DNA of 64,000 bases from a bacterium (GTDB taxonomy: Bacteria > UBA8248): positions 1,888,001 through 1,952,000 of the forward strand of contig OZ241326.1 of NCBI GenBank assembly GCA_965199855.1, given 5' to 3'. A program made the translations under genes and the position numbers. Positions within the stretch are counted from its first letter, which is position 1. Each line of letters starts with the position of its first letter. Shown here piece by piece: positions 53,609 through 63,811 of the stretch. Below the pieces are notes generated by a model, which worked only from the letters and a program-made list of their open reading frames with translations, was not told the origin of the DNA and made no database searches.

Positions 53609-54526
53609 TTATTTGAAGGCGCTCACGATATACAATTTGGGGTTGACCGCGATTCCGTTGATTCGGACTTCATAGTGGAGGTGCGGGCCGGTGGATCTGC
53701 CCGTGGAGCCGACCCGGGCGATGATCTGGCCCCTTTTCACGCGCTGGCCGACTTTCGCCAGGTTCACGCTGTTGTGCGCGTATCGGGTGACGATGCCCTG
53801 CATGTGCCGGATTTCAAGAATTTTCCCATACCCCCCCTCCCTGCCGGCGCGGATGACGACGCCGTCCGCCGGGGCGAATATGGGCGTTCCCTCTCTCGCC
53901 ACGATGTCGATGCCCGCGTGAAATTCCCGCTGGTTCGTGAACGCGGAGCGTCTGTATCCGAAGTTCGAGGAAAGCCAGCCCTTGACCGGCCACGTGGAGG
54001 GCGTGTGCGCGAGCAGGACGCTTCGGTCGCGGAACGCTTTCAGCAACTCCCTGAACGCGCTCTCCTGCTCGGCGGCGCGTCTTTCAATGTCCTGGAACCG
54101 CCGATTCAGCCTCCGCGCGAGCCTTTGCTCGGACGGGGCGAGCCGATCCAGGTCCTCCGGCAGATCGCGCCTTGAAACGCCGCCCAGCCCCAGAGCGTCT
54201 TTTCGCTTGCCGGGCTTGAGGGAGGCCATGACGCGGAGGCGATCCTCGAACTGATGGAGCTGCAGCAGGCTGTCGTCAAGGGATTCCAGCCTGGCGCCGA
54301 ACTTTTCGAGCAGTCTCTTTTGCGTCCGGTTTTGCTGCTCGAGGGGGGAGAGCTTCCCGGCGGGGCTCGCCGGGAGTTTTCTCTTCTGCGCGAGGTAAAG
54401 CGGAACTCCGGCGGCAGGGACGGCGAGACAAAGAAGCAGGCAGACCGCCGTCCGCCTCGCGACGGTGAACCGCCGGGAGCCGCTCGAGTTGCTCGGTATC
54501 ACGATGAAGGTGTATTTCCTGCCCAC
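53609..54526 (-). CDS. M23-family metallopeptidase
   Basis: HAGID, YAH, GSTGRSTGPHLHYEV; upstream of secA. Confidence 0.92.
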   Translation of the reverse strand: MGRKYTFIVIPSNSSGSRRFTVARRTAVCLLLCLAVPAAGVPLYLAQKRKLPASPAGKLSPLEQQNRTQKRLLEKFGARLESLDDSLLQLHQFEDRLRVMASLKPGKRKDALGLGGVSRRDLPEDLDRLAPSEQRLARRLNRRFQDIERRAAEQESAFRELLKAFRDRSVLLAHTPSTWPVKGWLSSNFGYRRSAFTNQREFHAGIDIVAREGTPIFAPADGVVIRAGREGGYGKILEIRHMQGIVTRYAHNSVNLAKVGQRVKRGQIIARVGSTGRSTGPHLHYEVRINGIAVNPKLYIVSAFK

Positions 54527-54714
54527 GAGGCGGCTCCTTCGGTCATTCTCCGAAGCGTTCGCTTCCCGCGTTTCTTCTATCGCGCAGTTCCGCGCCCCTT
54601 CATCAAGAAGTCAAACGCTTTCCCGGACGGCCGTTCGTTCTCCGCGAAATTATCAAACCCGGAAAAACGAGTCAACCGAACGCGCGCGAGGCGAAACCGC
54701 GCCGGGAAAGCCTC

Positions 54715-55545
54715 TCAGCGCATGACGGCCCCGGAATCGACCAGAAGCGCCTGGCCCGTGATGGTCTTCGCGTCGTCGCTGGCCAGAAAGGCGACCGCGC
54801 GTCCGACGTCCTCGGCCGACTGCTCGACCCCCAAAGGCGTCTGCTCCACGAAATGATCGAAGACCTCCCTCGCCGCTTTTCCCCTGAATTGCTGAAATTT
54901 CTTTCTGAATTGCTCCGCCAGCGTCTCCCACATCGCGCTCCAGATGAGGCCCGGACAGACCGCGTTCACCGTGACGCCTTCCCGCGCGACCTCCCGCGCG
55001 AGCGCCTGGGTGAATATGATCACCGCCGCCTTGCTCGCGCTGTAGTGCGGTATGGTTTCGCGGCCATCCCGCCCGGCGCGCGAGGAAATGTTGATGATGC
55101 GCCCCCAGCCCCTCCCCTTCATCTTTTCGAGCGACGCCTGGCACAGCAGAAAAACGCCCTTCACGTTGACGCTGTAGGCGGCGTCCCAGTCCTCCTCGCT
55201 GACGTCCGACAGGGGCATACCGAGTTTGAAGTCCGCCCCGCCGATGACGCCGGCGTTGTTGACCACGATATCGAGGGCGCCGAAGTCCCTGGCGACCGCG
55301 TCCACGACGGCCGCGCATCGCGCCTTGTCCGTCACGTCCAGGGCGTAGGAAACGGCGTCCACGCCGAAGCCGCCGATCTCCCTCGCGGCCGCCTCGGCGC
55401 CGGCGGGCGATATGTCCGCCAGCGCCGCGTGAACCCCCTCCTCCGCCAGGCATCTGGCGATGCCGCGCCCGATTCCTCCTCCGGCGCCGGTGATGAGCGC
55501 GACTTTTCCCCGCAAGCCGCGCTCTCTGGGGGGGCGGGAAGGCAT
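54715..55545 (-). CDS. SDR-family oxidoreductase
   Basis: TGAGGGIG, NNAG, YSASK, VNAVCPG. Confidence 0.92.
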   Translation of the reverse strand: MPSRPPRERGLRGKVALITGAGGGIGRGIARCLAEEGVHAALADISPAGAEAAAREIGGFGVDAVSYALDVTDKARCAAVVDAVARDFGALDIVVNNAGVIGGADFKLGMPLSDVSEEDWDAAYSVNVKGVFLLCQASLEKMKGRGWGRIINISSRAGRDGRETIPHYSASKAAVIIFTQALAREVAREGVTVNAVCPGLIWSAMWETLAEQFRKKFQQFRGKAAREVFDHFVEQTPLGVEQSAEDVGRAVAFLASDDAKTITGQALLVDSGAVMR

Positions 55546-55553
55546 CGCTCCCG

Positions 55554-55949
55554 CTATCTCCCGTATCCCGTCATGGCGCCGCCCGCCTCGAGCCAGTCCT
55601 CGAAGACCCTGAGGCCCTCCAGAACGGCGGGAACCCCTCCGTAGGGAGAGGTCTGAAATATCACCTCCATGATTTCCTTGTCCGTCGCTCCGTAGCTCCT
55701 CGCCGCCGTGAAGTGAGAGCGCATCTGGGCGAAGCGCCCCGTGACGCACAGGGCCGCTATCGCGCAGAATTCTCTCGTCTTGTGCGGAATGACGTCGCGA
55801 TCATACAGCCCGCCGTGAACGAATCGCTGAAACAGCATGGAGAAGTCCGGGTCGAGCCCGTTCAGGCGACCAAACAGCTTTTCGGTGTAGCCCTCCCCGT
55901 ACTGGGCGTCTCCACGCCTGATGGCGGGGGGATAGAATTCCTCGCTCAT
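55554..55949 (-). CDS. carboxymuconolactone decarboxylase-family protein
   Basis: G.LY.R.V...TRE..AIAAL, H...A...GAT..EI.EV, YGGVP. Confidence 0.85.
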   Translation of the reverse strand: MSEEFYPPAIRRGDAQYGEGYTEKLFGRLNGLDPDFSMLFQRFVHGGLYDRDVIPHKTREFCAIAALCVTGRFAQMRSHFTAARSYGATDKEIMEVIFQTSPYGGVPAVLEGLRVFEDWLEAGGAMTGYGR

Positions 55950-55985
55950 TCGCCCTTCTCCTCGCGCGCGGCGCGCGGCCGCCGA

Positions 55986-56912
55986 CTACGCATCTTCCAC
56001 GACCGGGTTTCTCAGGCGGCCCAGTCCGCCGATTTCCACCTCCACGACGTCGCCCGGCGCCAGGAACGAGGGCGTCTCCCGCGCGTAGCCCACGCCCGCC
56101 GGCGTGCCCGTGAGGAAGACGTCGCCCGGCGCCAGGGTGAAGCCCTCCGAAAGCGCGGAGAGCATCGAGGGAATGTCGTGAATCATCATGCTCGTGCTGG
56201 AGTCCTGCCGCGCCTCCCCGTTCACCCAGCTTTTCACGGTCTGGTTCATCGGGTCGCCGTAGTCCTCCTTCGGGACGATGAAGGGCCCGAGCGGACACGT
56301 GCCGTCGAGCGTCTTGCCCTTGAAAATCTGCTTGTGCCGCCTCTGAAGGTCCCTGGCGGATACGTCGTTCGCGCAGCAGTAGCCGAAAACGTGATCATAC
56401 GCCTCGTCCCTGGGTATGTTCTTGCCGCGCCTGCCGATGATGACGGCGATTTCGGCCTCGTAGTCGAGTTTTTCCGTCACACGGTGGGCGGGTATGCCCT
56501 CGCCGTGTCCGATGAGGGCGCTCTGCGCCTTGGTGAAGAAAATGGGATGATCGACCTCGACCTTCGCCGTCCAGACGTCCTTCGCCCGGAGCCCCTCGTT
56601 CACGTGGTCCTGATAGTTGAGCCCCATGCAGAGAACGTGCCTGGACGGATGGGGAACCGGCGCCAGGTGATGAACGTCCCCGGGCGCCATGAGAACGGGA
56701 GCCAGCTCCTCCGCGCTCGCCTCCGCCTGCGCGACCAGCAGGCGAAGCGCTTCGCCGGAGGACTCCCAGGCCTCGATGAGTTCAATCATGCCGCCGAAGG
56801 CCAGATCCCTCTTCCCCAGAAGCCCGGCCAGACGCGAGAGGTGAGCGATTTTGTCGCCCACGTACACGCCCACTCTCTCGACCCCTCTGTAGCGGTATGA
56901 CAGCAGCTTCAT
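55986..56912 (-). CDS. fumarylacetoacetate hydrolase-family protein
   Basis: CMGLNY.DH, LDYEAE, NDVSARDLQ, GKT.D, TGTPAGVG. Confidence 0.93.
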   Translation of the reverse strand: MKLLSYRYRGVERVGVYVGDKIAHLSRLAGLLGKRDLAFGGMIELIEAWESSGEALRLLVAQAEASAEELAPVLMAPGDVHHLAPVPHPSRHVLCMGLNYQDHVNEGLRAKDVWTAKVEVDHPIFFTKAQSALIGHGEGIPAHRVTEKLDYEAEIAVIIGRRGKNIPRDEAYDHVFGYCCANDVSARDLQRRHKQIFKGKTLDGTCPLGPFIVPKEDYGDPMNQTVKSWVNGEARQDSSTSMMIHDIPSMLSALSEGFTLAPGDVFLTGTPAGVGYARETPSFLAPGDVVEVEIGGLGRLRNPVVEDA

Positions 56913-56953
56913 GCGTTCCTCCTCTGGTTGGGCGTCTCCCGGCGGTCAGTCAG

Positions 56954-58045
56954 TCAGGAGGAAACCCCGTAGCGTTCGAGCGCGTCCGGGGTGAACTCCA
57001 CGCCGTGGCCGGGCGCATCGGGAACGTGGATATGCCCGTCGCGCACGGAAAAATCCTCCGTGAGGTCATCGGGCGAGAAGAATTCCATGTATTCGACCAT
57101 GTAGCCCGCGGGCGTCGCGCCCACGAGGCTCACGGACAGCTCGTGCGCCAGATGGCTGCTCAGGGAGAGGTTGAAGGCGTCGGCCAGATGCGCGACCTTG
57201 ATGAACTCCGTCACCCCGCCGCAGCGGCAAACGTCCGGCTGGAGGAAGTCCGCCGCCCGGCGCTCGCATATCTCCCTGAACCCCCAGCGCATATAGGCGT
57301 TCTCGCCCGCCGCGGTGGGCACCATGCTCCGCTCGGCGACTTCCGCCAGATCATCGACGCAGTCGGCCAGCACGGGCTCCTCGAACCAGGCGACCCCGTA
57401 TTCCGCCAGCATCTCCGAGACCTCGACCGCCTCGCGCGCGTTGTAGTTCTGGTTGGCGTCGCAGAAGAGAAGAAAATCCTCCCCCATGTTTTCCCGCAGA
57501 AATTCGACGCGCTCCGCGTCCCGCTTCGCGCCGATCTTGAGCTTGTAGCCGCTCATGCCGAGGGCGGCGGCTTCCCGGGCCTCCTCCAGCAGTTCGGCGT
57601 CCGACAGCGTATGCCAGCCCCCGCTCCCGTATACCGGCATCTTTTGGCGAAACCCGCCCAGGAGGCGGTTCAGCGGCAGGCCGGCGGCCTTCGCCGCAAT
57701 GTCCCAGCAGGCGATGTCCACCGCCGAGAGGGAATACAGGCCCAGTCCCCCGCGCATTCGCGCCTTGTTCGGCGACCACATGCGGCTCCAGAGCGCCTCG
57801 GGCGCCAGGGCGTCCTGGCCGATCACCAGCGGGGCCAGCTCCTTTTCGATGTAGGGCAGCATCGCGGCGCCGCCCTCCCCGCCCAGTCCCATCGTAAAGC
57901 CCGTTCCGGTCGGGCCGTCCTCGACGTGAAGACGGACGACGATGACGTCAAGGTGGGTATACGTTCCCAGCGAACTCTGAAACGTTTTCTTGAGAGGGAC
58001 TTTCAGGCGCGCGGGCTCGAGAGAGCGTATCTTCAATCCGGGCAT
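56954..58045 (-). CDS. mandelate racemase/muconate lactonizing enzyme family protein
   Basis: SAVDIACWD, KLKIG, DANQ, WFEEP, GEN, QPD, H. Confidence 0.92.
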   Translation of the reverse strand: MPGLKIRSLEPARLKVPLKKTFQSSLGTYTHLDVIVVRLHVEDGPTGTGFTMGLGGEGGAAMLPYIEKELAPLVIGQDALAPEALWSRMWSPNKARMRGGLGLYSLSAVDIACWDIAAKAAGLPLNRLLGGFRQKMPVYGSGGWHTLSDAELLEEAREAAALGMSGYKLKIGAKRDAERVEFLRENMGEDFLLFCDANQNYNAREAVEVSEMLAEYGVAWFEEPVLADCVDDLAEVAERSMVPTAAGENAYMRWGFREICERRAADFLQPDVCRCGGVTEFIKVAHLADAFNLSLSSHLAHELSVSLVGATPAGYMVEYMEFFSPDDLTEDFSVRDGHIHVPDAPGHGVEFTPDALERYGVSS

Positions 58046-58057
58046 TTCGCCTCCCGC

Positions 58058-59233
58058 CTACAGAAAGCGCATGGAGCGGACGCGCATGGCCTGGTTCGTT
58101 CCGTCCGAGTGGAGGAAGCTGGTCACGTCCCGCAGGTATTTCTCCATCGGCGCGTCCGTCATGTAGCCCGTCCCGCCCCAGACCTCCAGGGCGCGCGTGG
58201 CGATTCGATAGGACGCCTCGGACACGAAGCATTTGGTCATAAAGCCCATTTTGGGGTCGTAGCCGTCTTTCCGGTCCGCCGTCCAGGCGGCGTAATGGAG
58301 CAGCCGCCGGCTGGCTTCATACTCGGCGAAGCAGTCCGCGAGCATGAACCCGACCGCCTGGTGCTCGATGATCGGCCTGCCCCCCTGCACCCGGCGCCGG
58401 GCGTACGCCAGCGCGTCCTCGTAGGCCGCCCTGGCCGCGCCGAGAACCGTGGCGGCGGCTTCTATGTTCGAGCCCGGCACGAAGTTGCGGCGCGCCTCCA
58501 TGGCGCGGTTCACTTCGGTGATGCGGTTCTCGTCCGGTATTCTGCAGTTCTCGAAAACGAGCTCCGCGTTCAGGGAGAGCCGCTGCCCCATCTTGTCGTG
58601 AATCTTCCCGTAGCGAAAGCCCTCCATGTCGGGCGTGACGAGGAAATACGTCATTCCCTCGGAGACCCCCTTCGCCGCGTCCGTCCGCATGGCGACGATG
58701 CAGAGCTTGGCGATTCCCCCGTTGCTGATGTATCGCTTCTTCCCGTTGGCTATCCAGGAGCCGCCGTCCCGAACGGCGGTCGTCCTCACGCCCGCGTCCG
58801 GGCTGTCGTAGGGGATGATGTTGTCCGATCCTCCCGACTCCTCCGTCATCCCGACCGCCAGATGAAAATGGTGATCCTCCAGAAAAGGCTTCAGGTAGCG
58901 CTCCCTCTGCCCCTCGGTCGTCAGCCTTTCAAACAGATGGGTGATCTTCCAGGTTTGATCAAACGTCACGGCCGTCCCCAAATCCCCCCAGGCGAGCTCC
59001 TCGCCCACGAGGCACAGGGTGAGGACGCCGCAGCCGCCTCCTCCCATCTCCCGGGGCAGCGCGAGAGTCCGCAGTCCCAGCTTGCTGCCCTTCTCCAGCG
59101 CGTCCCAGGGGAAGCGCTTCATCGGGTCGGGCTCCTTGTCCAGCGCCGCGGCGACGGGACGAATTTCCCGCTCGGCGAACTCATGCGCCGTCTTCTGCAG
59201 CCTCTCCTGCTCGGCGGTGAGCGTGAAGTCCAT
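58058..59233 (-). CDS. acyl-CoA dehydrogenase
   Basis: MTEESGGSD, NGKKRYISNG, KMGQR, R.Q.G.PI..HQ, GG.GY....MEKYLRD. Confidence 0.92.
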   Translation of the reverse strand: MDFTLTAEQERLQKTAHEFAEREIRPVAAALDKEPDPMKRFPWDALEKGSKLGLRTLALPREMGGGGCGVLTLCLVGEELAWGDLGTAVTFDQTWKITHLFERLTTEGQRERYLKPFLEDHHFHLAVGMTEESGGSDNIIPYDSPDAGVRTTAVRDGGSWIANGKKRYISNGGIAKLCIVAMRTDAAKGVSEGMTYFLVTPDMEGFRYGKIHDKMGQRLSLNAELVFENCRIPDENRITEVNRAMEARRNFVPGSNIEAAATVLGAARAAYEDALAYARRRVQGGRPIIEHQAVGFMLADCFAEYEASRRLLHYAAWTADRKDGYDPKMGFMTKCFVSEASYRIATRALEVWGGTGYMTDAPMEKYLRDVTSFLHSDGTNQAMRVRSMRFL

Positions 59234-59320
59234 GTTTCGCTCCTCGAAAAACCGAAGCCCGGCGCTGTCAGCCGTCAAGCCGTCGCTTCCGGGAGAAGGC
59301 GCGTCTGCCTGGCGTGCGCC

Positions 59321-60097
59321 CTATGCGTTCGCTTCCGCCTTCCACATTCGCCGCTTCAGGATGACGAAGCCGAACGCGACGATGAGCAACGCGCTGGCGA
59401 GATACGCGGCGCGAACCGGCCCGAACCAGAGGCTGTCCGCGCGAAAGCCGCTCACGGCGGCGCGTCCTATGGAATATAGAACAAAGTAGAGGCAAAGTAT
59501 AAACCCGGGCTTGTGATTCGTCAGCCGCAGCCCTCGCAGGATGAAGAACCACAGCAGGTTCAGGAGCAGTTCATACAGCATCACGGGATGCGTCGCCTGG
59601 CCGGGAAACTGCCGCCCCGCGATGGATTCCATGGGAAATTCCACCCCCCACGGCATGGCCGTCGGCACGCCGTGGGCGTCGCCGTTCATGAAATTCCCGA
59701 ACCGCCCGAAAGCCTGTCCCAGCATGACGGCGGGCGCGGCCGCGTCGGCGAACTCCCACGTGGAGACGGCGCGTCGCTTCAAATAGAGCCAGCCGGCCAG
59801 AGCTCCTCCAGCCAGCCCTCCGTGAATGGCGAGACCCCCGTTCCATACGGCGGGGATTTCCCAGGCGTTCCCGGCGTAGAATTCCCAGTTGAACAGGACG
59901 TAATAGATTCTTCCGCCCAGGATTCCCGCGAACATGACAAGGAGGCAGAAATTCATCACCTCGTCCCGGGTGACGGGCATATTCCTGCGTTCGGCCTCCT
60001 TGCTCACCAGCCGCGCGCCGACCAGAACGGCGGCGACGTACATGAGGCCATACCAGCGCAGCGCGAACGGGCCGATTTCAAATATGACGGGGCTCAA
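59321..60097 (-). CDS. lgt: prolipoprotein diacylglyceryl transferase
   Basis: LRWYGLMY, GGRIYYV, GGLAIHGG, GRFGNFMN, HPVMLYE. Confidence 0.95.
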   Translation of the reverse strand: MSPVIFEIGPFALRWYGLMYVAAVLVGARLVSKEAERRNMPVTRDEVMNFCLLVMFAGILGGRIYYVLFNWEFYAGNAWEIPAVWNGGLAIHGGLAGGALAGWLYLKRRAVSTWEFADAAAPAVMLGQAFGRFGNFMNGDAHGVPTAMPWGVEFPMESIAGRQFPGQATHPVMLYELLLNLLWFFILRGLRLTNHKPGFILCLYFVLYSIGRAAVSGFRADSLWFGPVRAAYLASALLIVAFGFVILKRRMWKAEANA

Positions 60098-60143
60098 ATG
60101 GCTGTCTTCCCTGCGAATCGGCCAAGCATATCATCGCCTCCGA

Positions 60144-61220
60144 TCATTCCGAATGGCGGTAGATGCGGCTTTCGGGATAATAATCCTTCCAGCCGAACCA
60201 GAACGCGAGCGTGCTGGGGAGCTGGCGCAGCTTCGCGCCTTTCAGCGGCCCCTTGACCGCGAGGCCGGTGAGGCGCTGCCAGCGCGACCCCGTTCTCCCG
60301 TCTTTCATAAGCCGGCAGGCGGCGGCGCCTTTCGCGCCCTCCCCCGGAGCGAGCGCGAATTCCAGCGTCTCCCCCTTCAGGACGCGATCGAAAACAACCC
60401 CCGCGCCCGCCCCTTCGCAATAGGTCACCAGAATCTCCCTGCCCGCGAAACGGTCGTTCACCACCCCGGCGCGGCTCAGCTCTTCAAACGGGTATGCCTT
60501 GGCCGCCCGCTTCCCCTTCGGGGCGTCCAGGGCGAGACCCACCAGCAAGGCTTTCGGGTGGAGGCGATTGTCCCTGTATTTTTGGGGAATCACGCCCGTC
60601 TGCGAACTGTAGTAATAGCCCTCATAGGGATCGCGGGAGCCGCTCCGAAGCAGCCCCCCCGTCCCTGCCCGCTCCTTCTTCAGCACCAGCGTATCCGGGT
60701 AGAGGCGCTTCCATTCGGAGTAGCGCAGCATGGCCGCCGGATGCGTTTCGAGGCGCCTGCCCTTCAGAGGGCCCAGGACGGCCTCGCCCGTGAGATGGCT
60801 CCAGAGAGAATTCGTCTGGCGATCATACATGATCAACGCGTTTTTCCAGAGTTTGCCGGAAACGCCGAAGGTGAGCGTTTCGCCCTCCAGATTTCGGTCA
60901 TACACGATGGCCGTGTAGCAAAGCGGTCACCAGGTGACGGCGACGGCCCGCCCCCCCACGACGTCGTTCACGATCTCATGGGAGCTGAGGAGGGGAACCG
61001 AGTAGGCCCTCCTGTCTCCCCCGATGCCGAGGCCGATGACCATTTCCTCCGGCCGCATGAATTCATCCGCGTCTTTCGCCCCGGCGAATTCGGGCGCGTC
61101 GATGGAGGGTATGGCGTCTTTCGGCAGGAGCGCGCGAATCTCGCTCTCCGGGCCGGCGTGGCAAAAAACCGGCAGGAGCAGGAAAGCCAGGGCGAAAAGC
61201 GCGCTTCTTGTTCTCGACAT
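60144..61220 (-). CDS. DUF3179-domain (seleno)protein with in-frame TGA at 60927-60929
   Basis: DAIPSIDAP..HEIVND..VAVTW-[TGA]-PLCYTA..FGVSGKL..N.LIMYD..T.SLWS, all in one reading frame (358 aa if read through). Confidence 0.88.
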
Positions 61221-61393
61221 CGGGGACGTCTCCCCAGGCGGCCGGCAGGGTCATGCAACGTTGAAACCCATGGAGGCGATAAAATACCAACGATTCTGTT
61301 TAACTATATTCTACAATTCGTTGATATTTATCCTTTTGTTCGATCAAATTTTCGCTAAATCATAAAACTCCGTCCGCCTCCGCCCGTATGGGA

Positions 61394-61858
61394 TCAGGAT
61401 GATGAAATCTCAAGTATTACTTCAAGTTCCACGGGCGCCCCCAGGGGAAGTTCGGCCACCCCGACCGCCAGCCGCGCGTGCCTGCCCTTGTCTCCAAACA
61501 GCCCGACGGCCAGCTCCGAGGCGCCATTCAGCGCGAGCGCCTGATCCGCGAAGCCTTCCGAGGAGGCCACGTAGCCCGTCATCCGGACGATTCTCCGAAC
61601 CGACTCCAGGTCGCCAAGCGCCGCCCGCGCCTGCGCCATGGCGTTCAGGAAGCAGAGCGCGGCGCACTCCCGCGCCTGCTCCACGGAGACGGCCCGCGGA
61701 ACCTTTCCCGTATGAATCAGCGCGCCGCCTTTCATCGGAATCTGCCCCGAAATGAACATCAGGGCGCCGGAAATGACGGACGGAACATAGGCGCCGACGG
61801 GCGCCGGCGCGTCGGGCAACTCGATTCCCAACTCGTTCATTCGCCCGGAAACGCTCAT
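61394..61858 (-). CDS. RidA/YjgF-family protein
   Basis: [24 protein letters not shown]....FG..GRHAR.AVGV..LP. Confidence 0.9.
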   Translation of the reverse strand: MSVSGRMNELGIELPDAPAPVGAYVPSVISGALMFISGQIPMKGGALIHTGKVPRAVSVEQARECAALCFLNAMAQARAALGDLESVRRIVRMTGYVASSEGFADQALALNGASELAVGLFGDKGRHARLAVGVAELPLGAPVELEVILEISSS

Positions 61859-62478
61859 CTCCCCTCTCCCGCCGTGATCATCGCCTTTATCCTGTCGAAT
61901 TCATCGGGCGTGTTCGCGTTCAGAAAAGAAGCCCCCTCGGGGTCCCACTGCCTCCACTCCGCCTCCTCAATCCGCCTGACGCGCACCTTCGGATGAAAGC
62001 CCGTCATTTTCAGGTCGCCTCCCGAAATCGACTCCCTGATGGGAGCCTCGCATTTTTTCCCGTAAAAGGCGCAAAGCGGCTCGGGGCGGCCGCTTCTGAC
62101 GGGAACCACCACGTCCCAGTCGTCCGCCATGGAAGCCATGGCGGATATGAGCGCCGGCCGCAGGAGCGGCATGTCGCATCCCGCCGTGAAAACGCGCGAT
62201 CCCCTCGCCATCGACACGGCGGCGTGGAGGCCGCCCAGCGAATCGTTGCCGGGGCAAATGTCCGACGCCACGCGAAAGCCCATGCCCTCGTATGGCGCGG
62301 AGTCGCCGGCCACGACGAAAACTTCCGAAAACATACCCTCCAGGACGCCCGCTGCGCGCCGGATGAGGGAAACTCCGTCAATTTCGAGCAGGGCCTTGTT
62401 TCGGCCCATCCGGCGGCTTCGGCCTCCCGCCAGGATGGCCGCCGAAAAAGGGAGTTTCCCCGCCGCTTTCCCGTCCAT
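61855..62478 (-). CDS. mobA: molybdenum cofactor guanylyltransferase
   Basis: ILAGGRSRRMG.NKA, LGGLH, CDMP, EPLCAFY, NANTP. Confidence 0.92.
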   Translation of the reverse strand: MDGKAAGKLPFSAAILAGGRSRRMGRNKALLEIDGVSLIRRAAGVLEGMFSEVFVVAGDSAPYEGMGFRVASDICPGNDSLGGLHAAVSMARGSRVFTAGCDMPLLRPALISAMASMADDWDVVVPVRSGRPEPLCAFYGKKCEAPIRESISGGDLKMTGFHPKVRVRRIEEAEWRQWDPEGASFLNANTPDEFDRIKAMITAGEGR

Positions 62479-62524
62479 GCGAAACGCTCCGGGCCGCGCG
62501 CCCGCGCCTTCGGGCCGGATCCGC

Positions 62525-63811
62525 TCAGGGGCGCGCCCGCGCGAGGGAATCCGCATCGAGTCCCTCCGCCACGGGCTTTTCATCCAGCGCCTCGTCGAGC
62601 AGAACCACCCGAACGCGGCTTCCGGCGGCGAGCGCCGTCTGAAACTCCGGGAATATGACCAGCCCGTTCGCCCGCACCATGGAGTGCAGTATGTTGGACC
62701 CCTGGGCCTCAATCGCCCGAACGTCCCATGCGTCCCCGGAGCGATGGACGATGGAGCGCACGTAGTGGCGCCTCTCGGGCGACTTCGAGAGCGGATGCAG
62801 AAGGCGCGCCTCCAGCGTCGGGCGGAACAGCTTTTTCCTGCCCTGCATCTTCAGCAGCGCGGGGCGGACGAACAGCTCGAAGCTGACCATCGTGGAAACG
62901 GGGTTTCCGGGCAGGCCGAACACGGGCTTCCCGTTCAGCATTCCAAAGGCCATGGGCTTGCCCGGCTTCATGCGAACCCGCCAGAAGCGCATCTCGTTGC
63001 CGAGTCCGCCCAGGGTGGACTTCACCAGGTCGAAATCGCCCACCGACACGCCGCCGCTCGTTATCAGCAGATCGGCGGCCAGCCCGTCGTTGACGCGGCG
63101 CGTCAGATCCTCCGCGTTGTCGCGGGCGATGCCCAGCGGGACGGGCTCGCCGCCGGCCTCGAGAACCTGGGCGGCCAGCGCGTAGGAATTGGAGTTGAAT
63201 ATCTGCCCGGCGGCGGGGGAATCTCCCAGATCGACCAGCTCCTCCCCCGTCGCCAGGATGGCCACTCTCGGCCTTTGACGCACATAGACGCTCGGCCGAC
63301 CGACGTTCGCCAACATGCCCACCGCGGCGGCGCCCAGGCTCATCCCTTCCCTGAGAACGATTTCGCCCGCCCGGACGTCCTCGCCCGCCCGCCTGACGGC
63401 CTCTCCCTTCCCCACCCCGAGAAAAACGCTCACCTCCGCGTCCGAGATTCTCTCGGTCTCCTCGACCAGGACGACGGCGTCCGCCCCTTCGGGAATGGGG
63501 GCGCCGGTCATAATCTTGACGGCCTCTCCCGCGCCGACCCTGCGCCGCGCCATGACGCCGGCCTGAATCTCCTCGACAACCCGCAGCTTCCCGGGCGCCT
63601 CGCGCGTCGCCCCCCGGACGTCTTCCGACCGCAGGGCGTATCCGTCCATCGCCGAGTTGTCCCAGGGCGGAACGGGCCGCGGCGACTCGACGTCCTCCGC
63701 CAGCACCCGGCCCAGACAGCTCAGCAGGCCCGCTCTCTCGCGCCCCATCGGCCGAACAGCGTCCAGTATGAATTTCTGGGCTTCTTCCACGCTGATCATC
63801 AGCGGCTCCAT
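62525..63811 (-). CDS. moeA: molybdopterin molybdenumtransferase
   Basis: PPWDNSAMDGYA, IMTGAPIP, SGGVSVGDFD, KPGKP, GLPGNPVS. Confidence 0.96.
   Translation of the reverse strand: MEPLMISVEEAQKFILDAVRPMGRERAGLLSCLGRVLAEDVESPRPVPPWDNSAMDGYALRSEDVRGATREAPGKLRVVEEIQAGVMARRRVGAGEAVKIMTGAPIPEGADAVVLVEETERISDAEVSVFLGVGKGEAVRRAGEDVRAGEIVLREGMSLGAAAVGMLANVGRPSVYVRQRPRVAILATGEELVDLGDSPAAGQIFNSNSYALAAQVLEAGGEPVPLGIARDNAEDLTRRVNDGLAADLLITSGGVSVGDFDLVKSTLGGLGNEMRFWRVRMKPGKPMAFGMLNGKPVFGLPGNPVSTMVSFELFVRPALLKMQGRKKLFRPTLEARLLHPLSKSPERRHYVRSIVHRSGDAWDVRAIEAQGSNILHSMVRANGLVIFPEFQTALAAGSRVRVVLLDEALDEKPVAEGLDADSLARARP

Noticed and set aside
60927-61220. Separate 97-aa gene or DUF3179 pseudogene
   Set aside because: The stop falls exactly at the conserved Cys of CPLC, with the frame intact and a downstream hairpin; Sec recoding fits better
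61254-61272. sigma54 promoter upstream of the DUF3179 gene
   Set aside because: GG-N10-GC spacing and TTGCA are present, but the -24 element (GGTTTC) is far from TGGCAC
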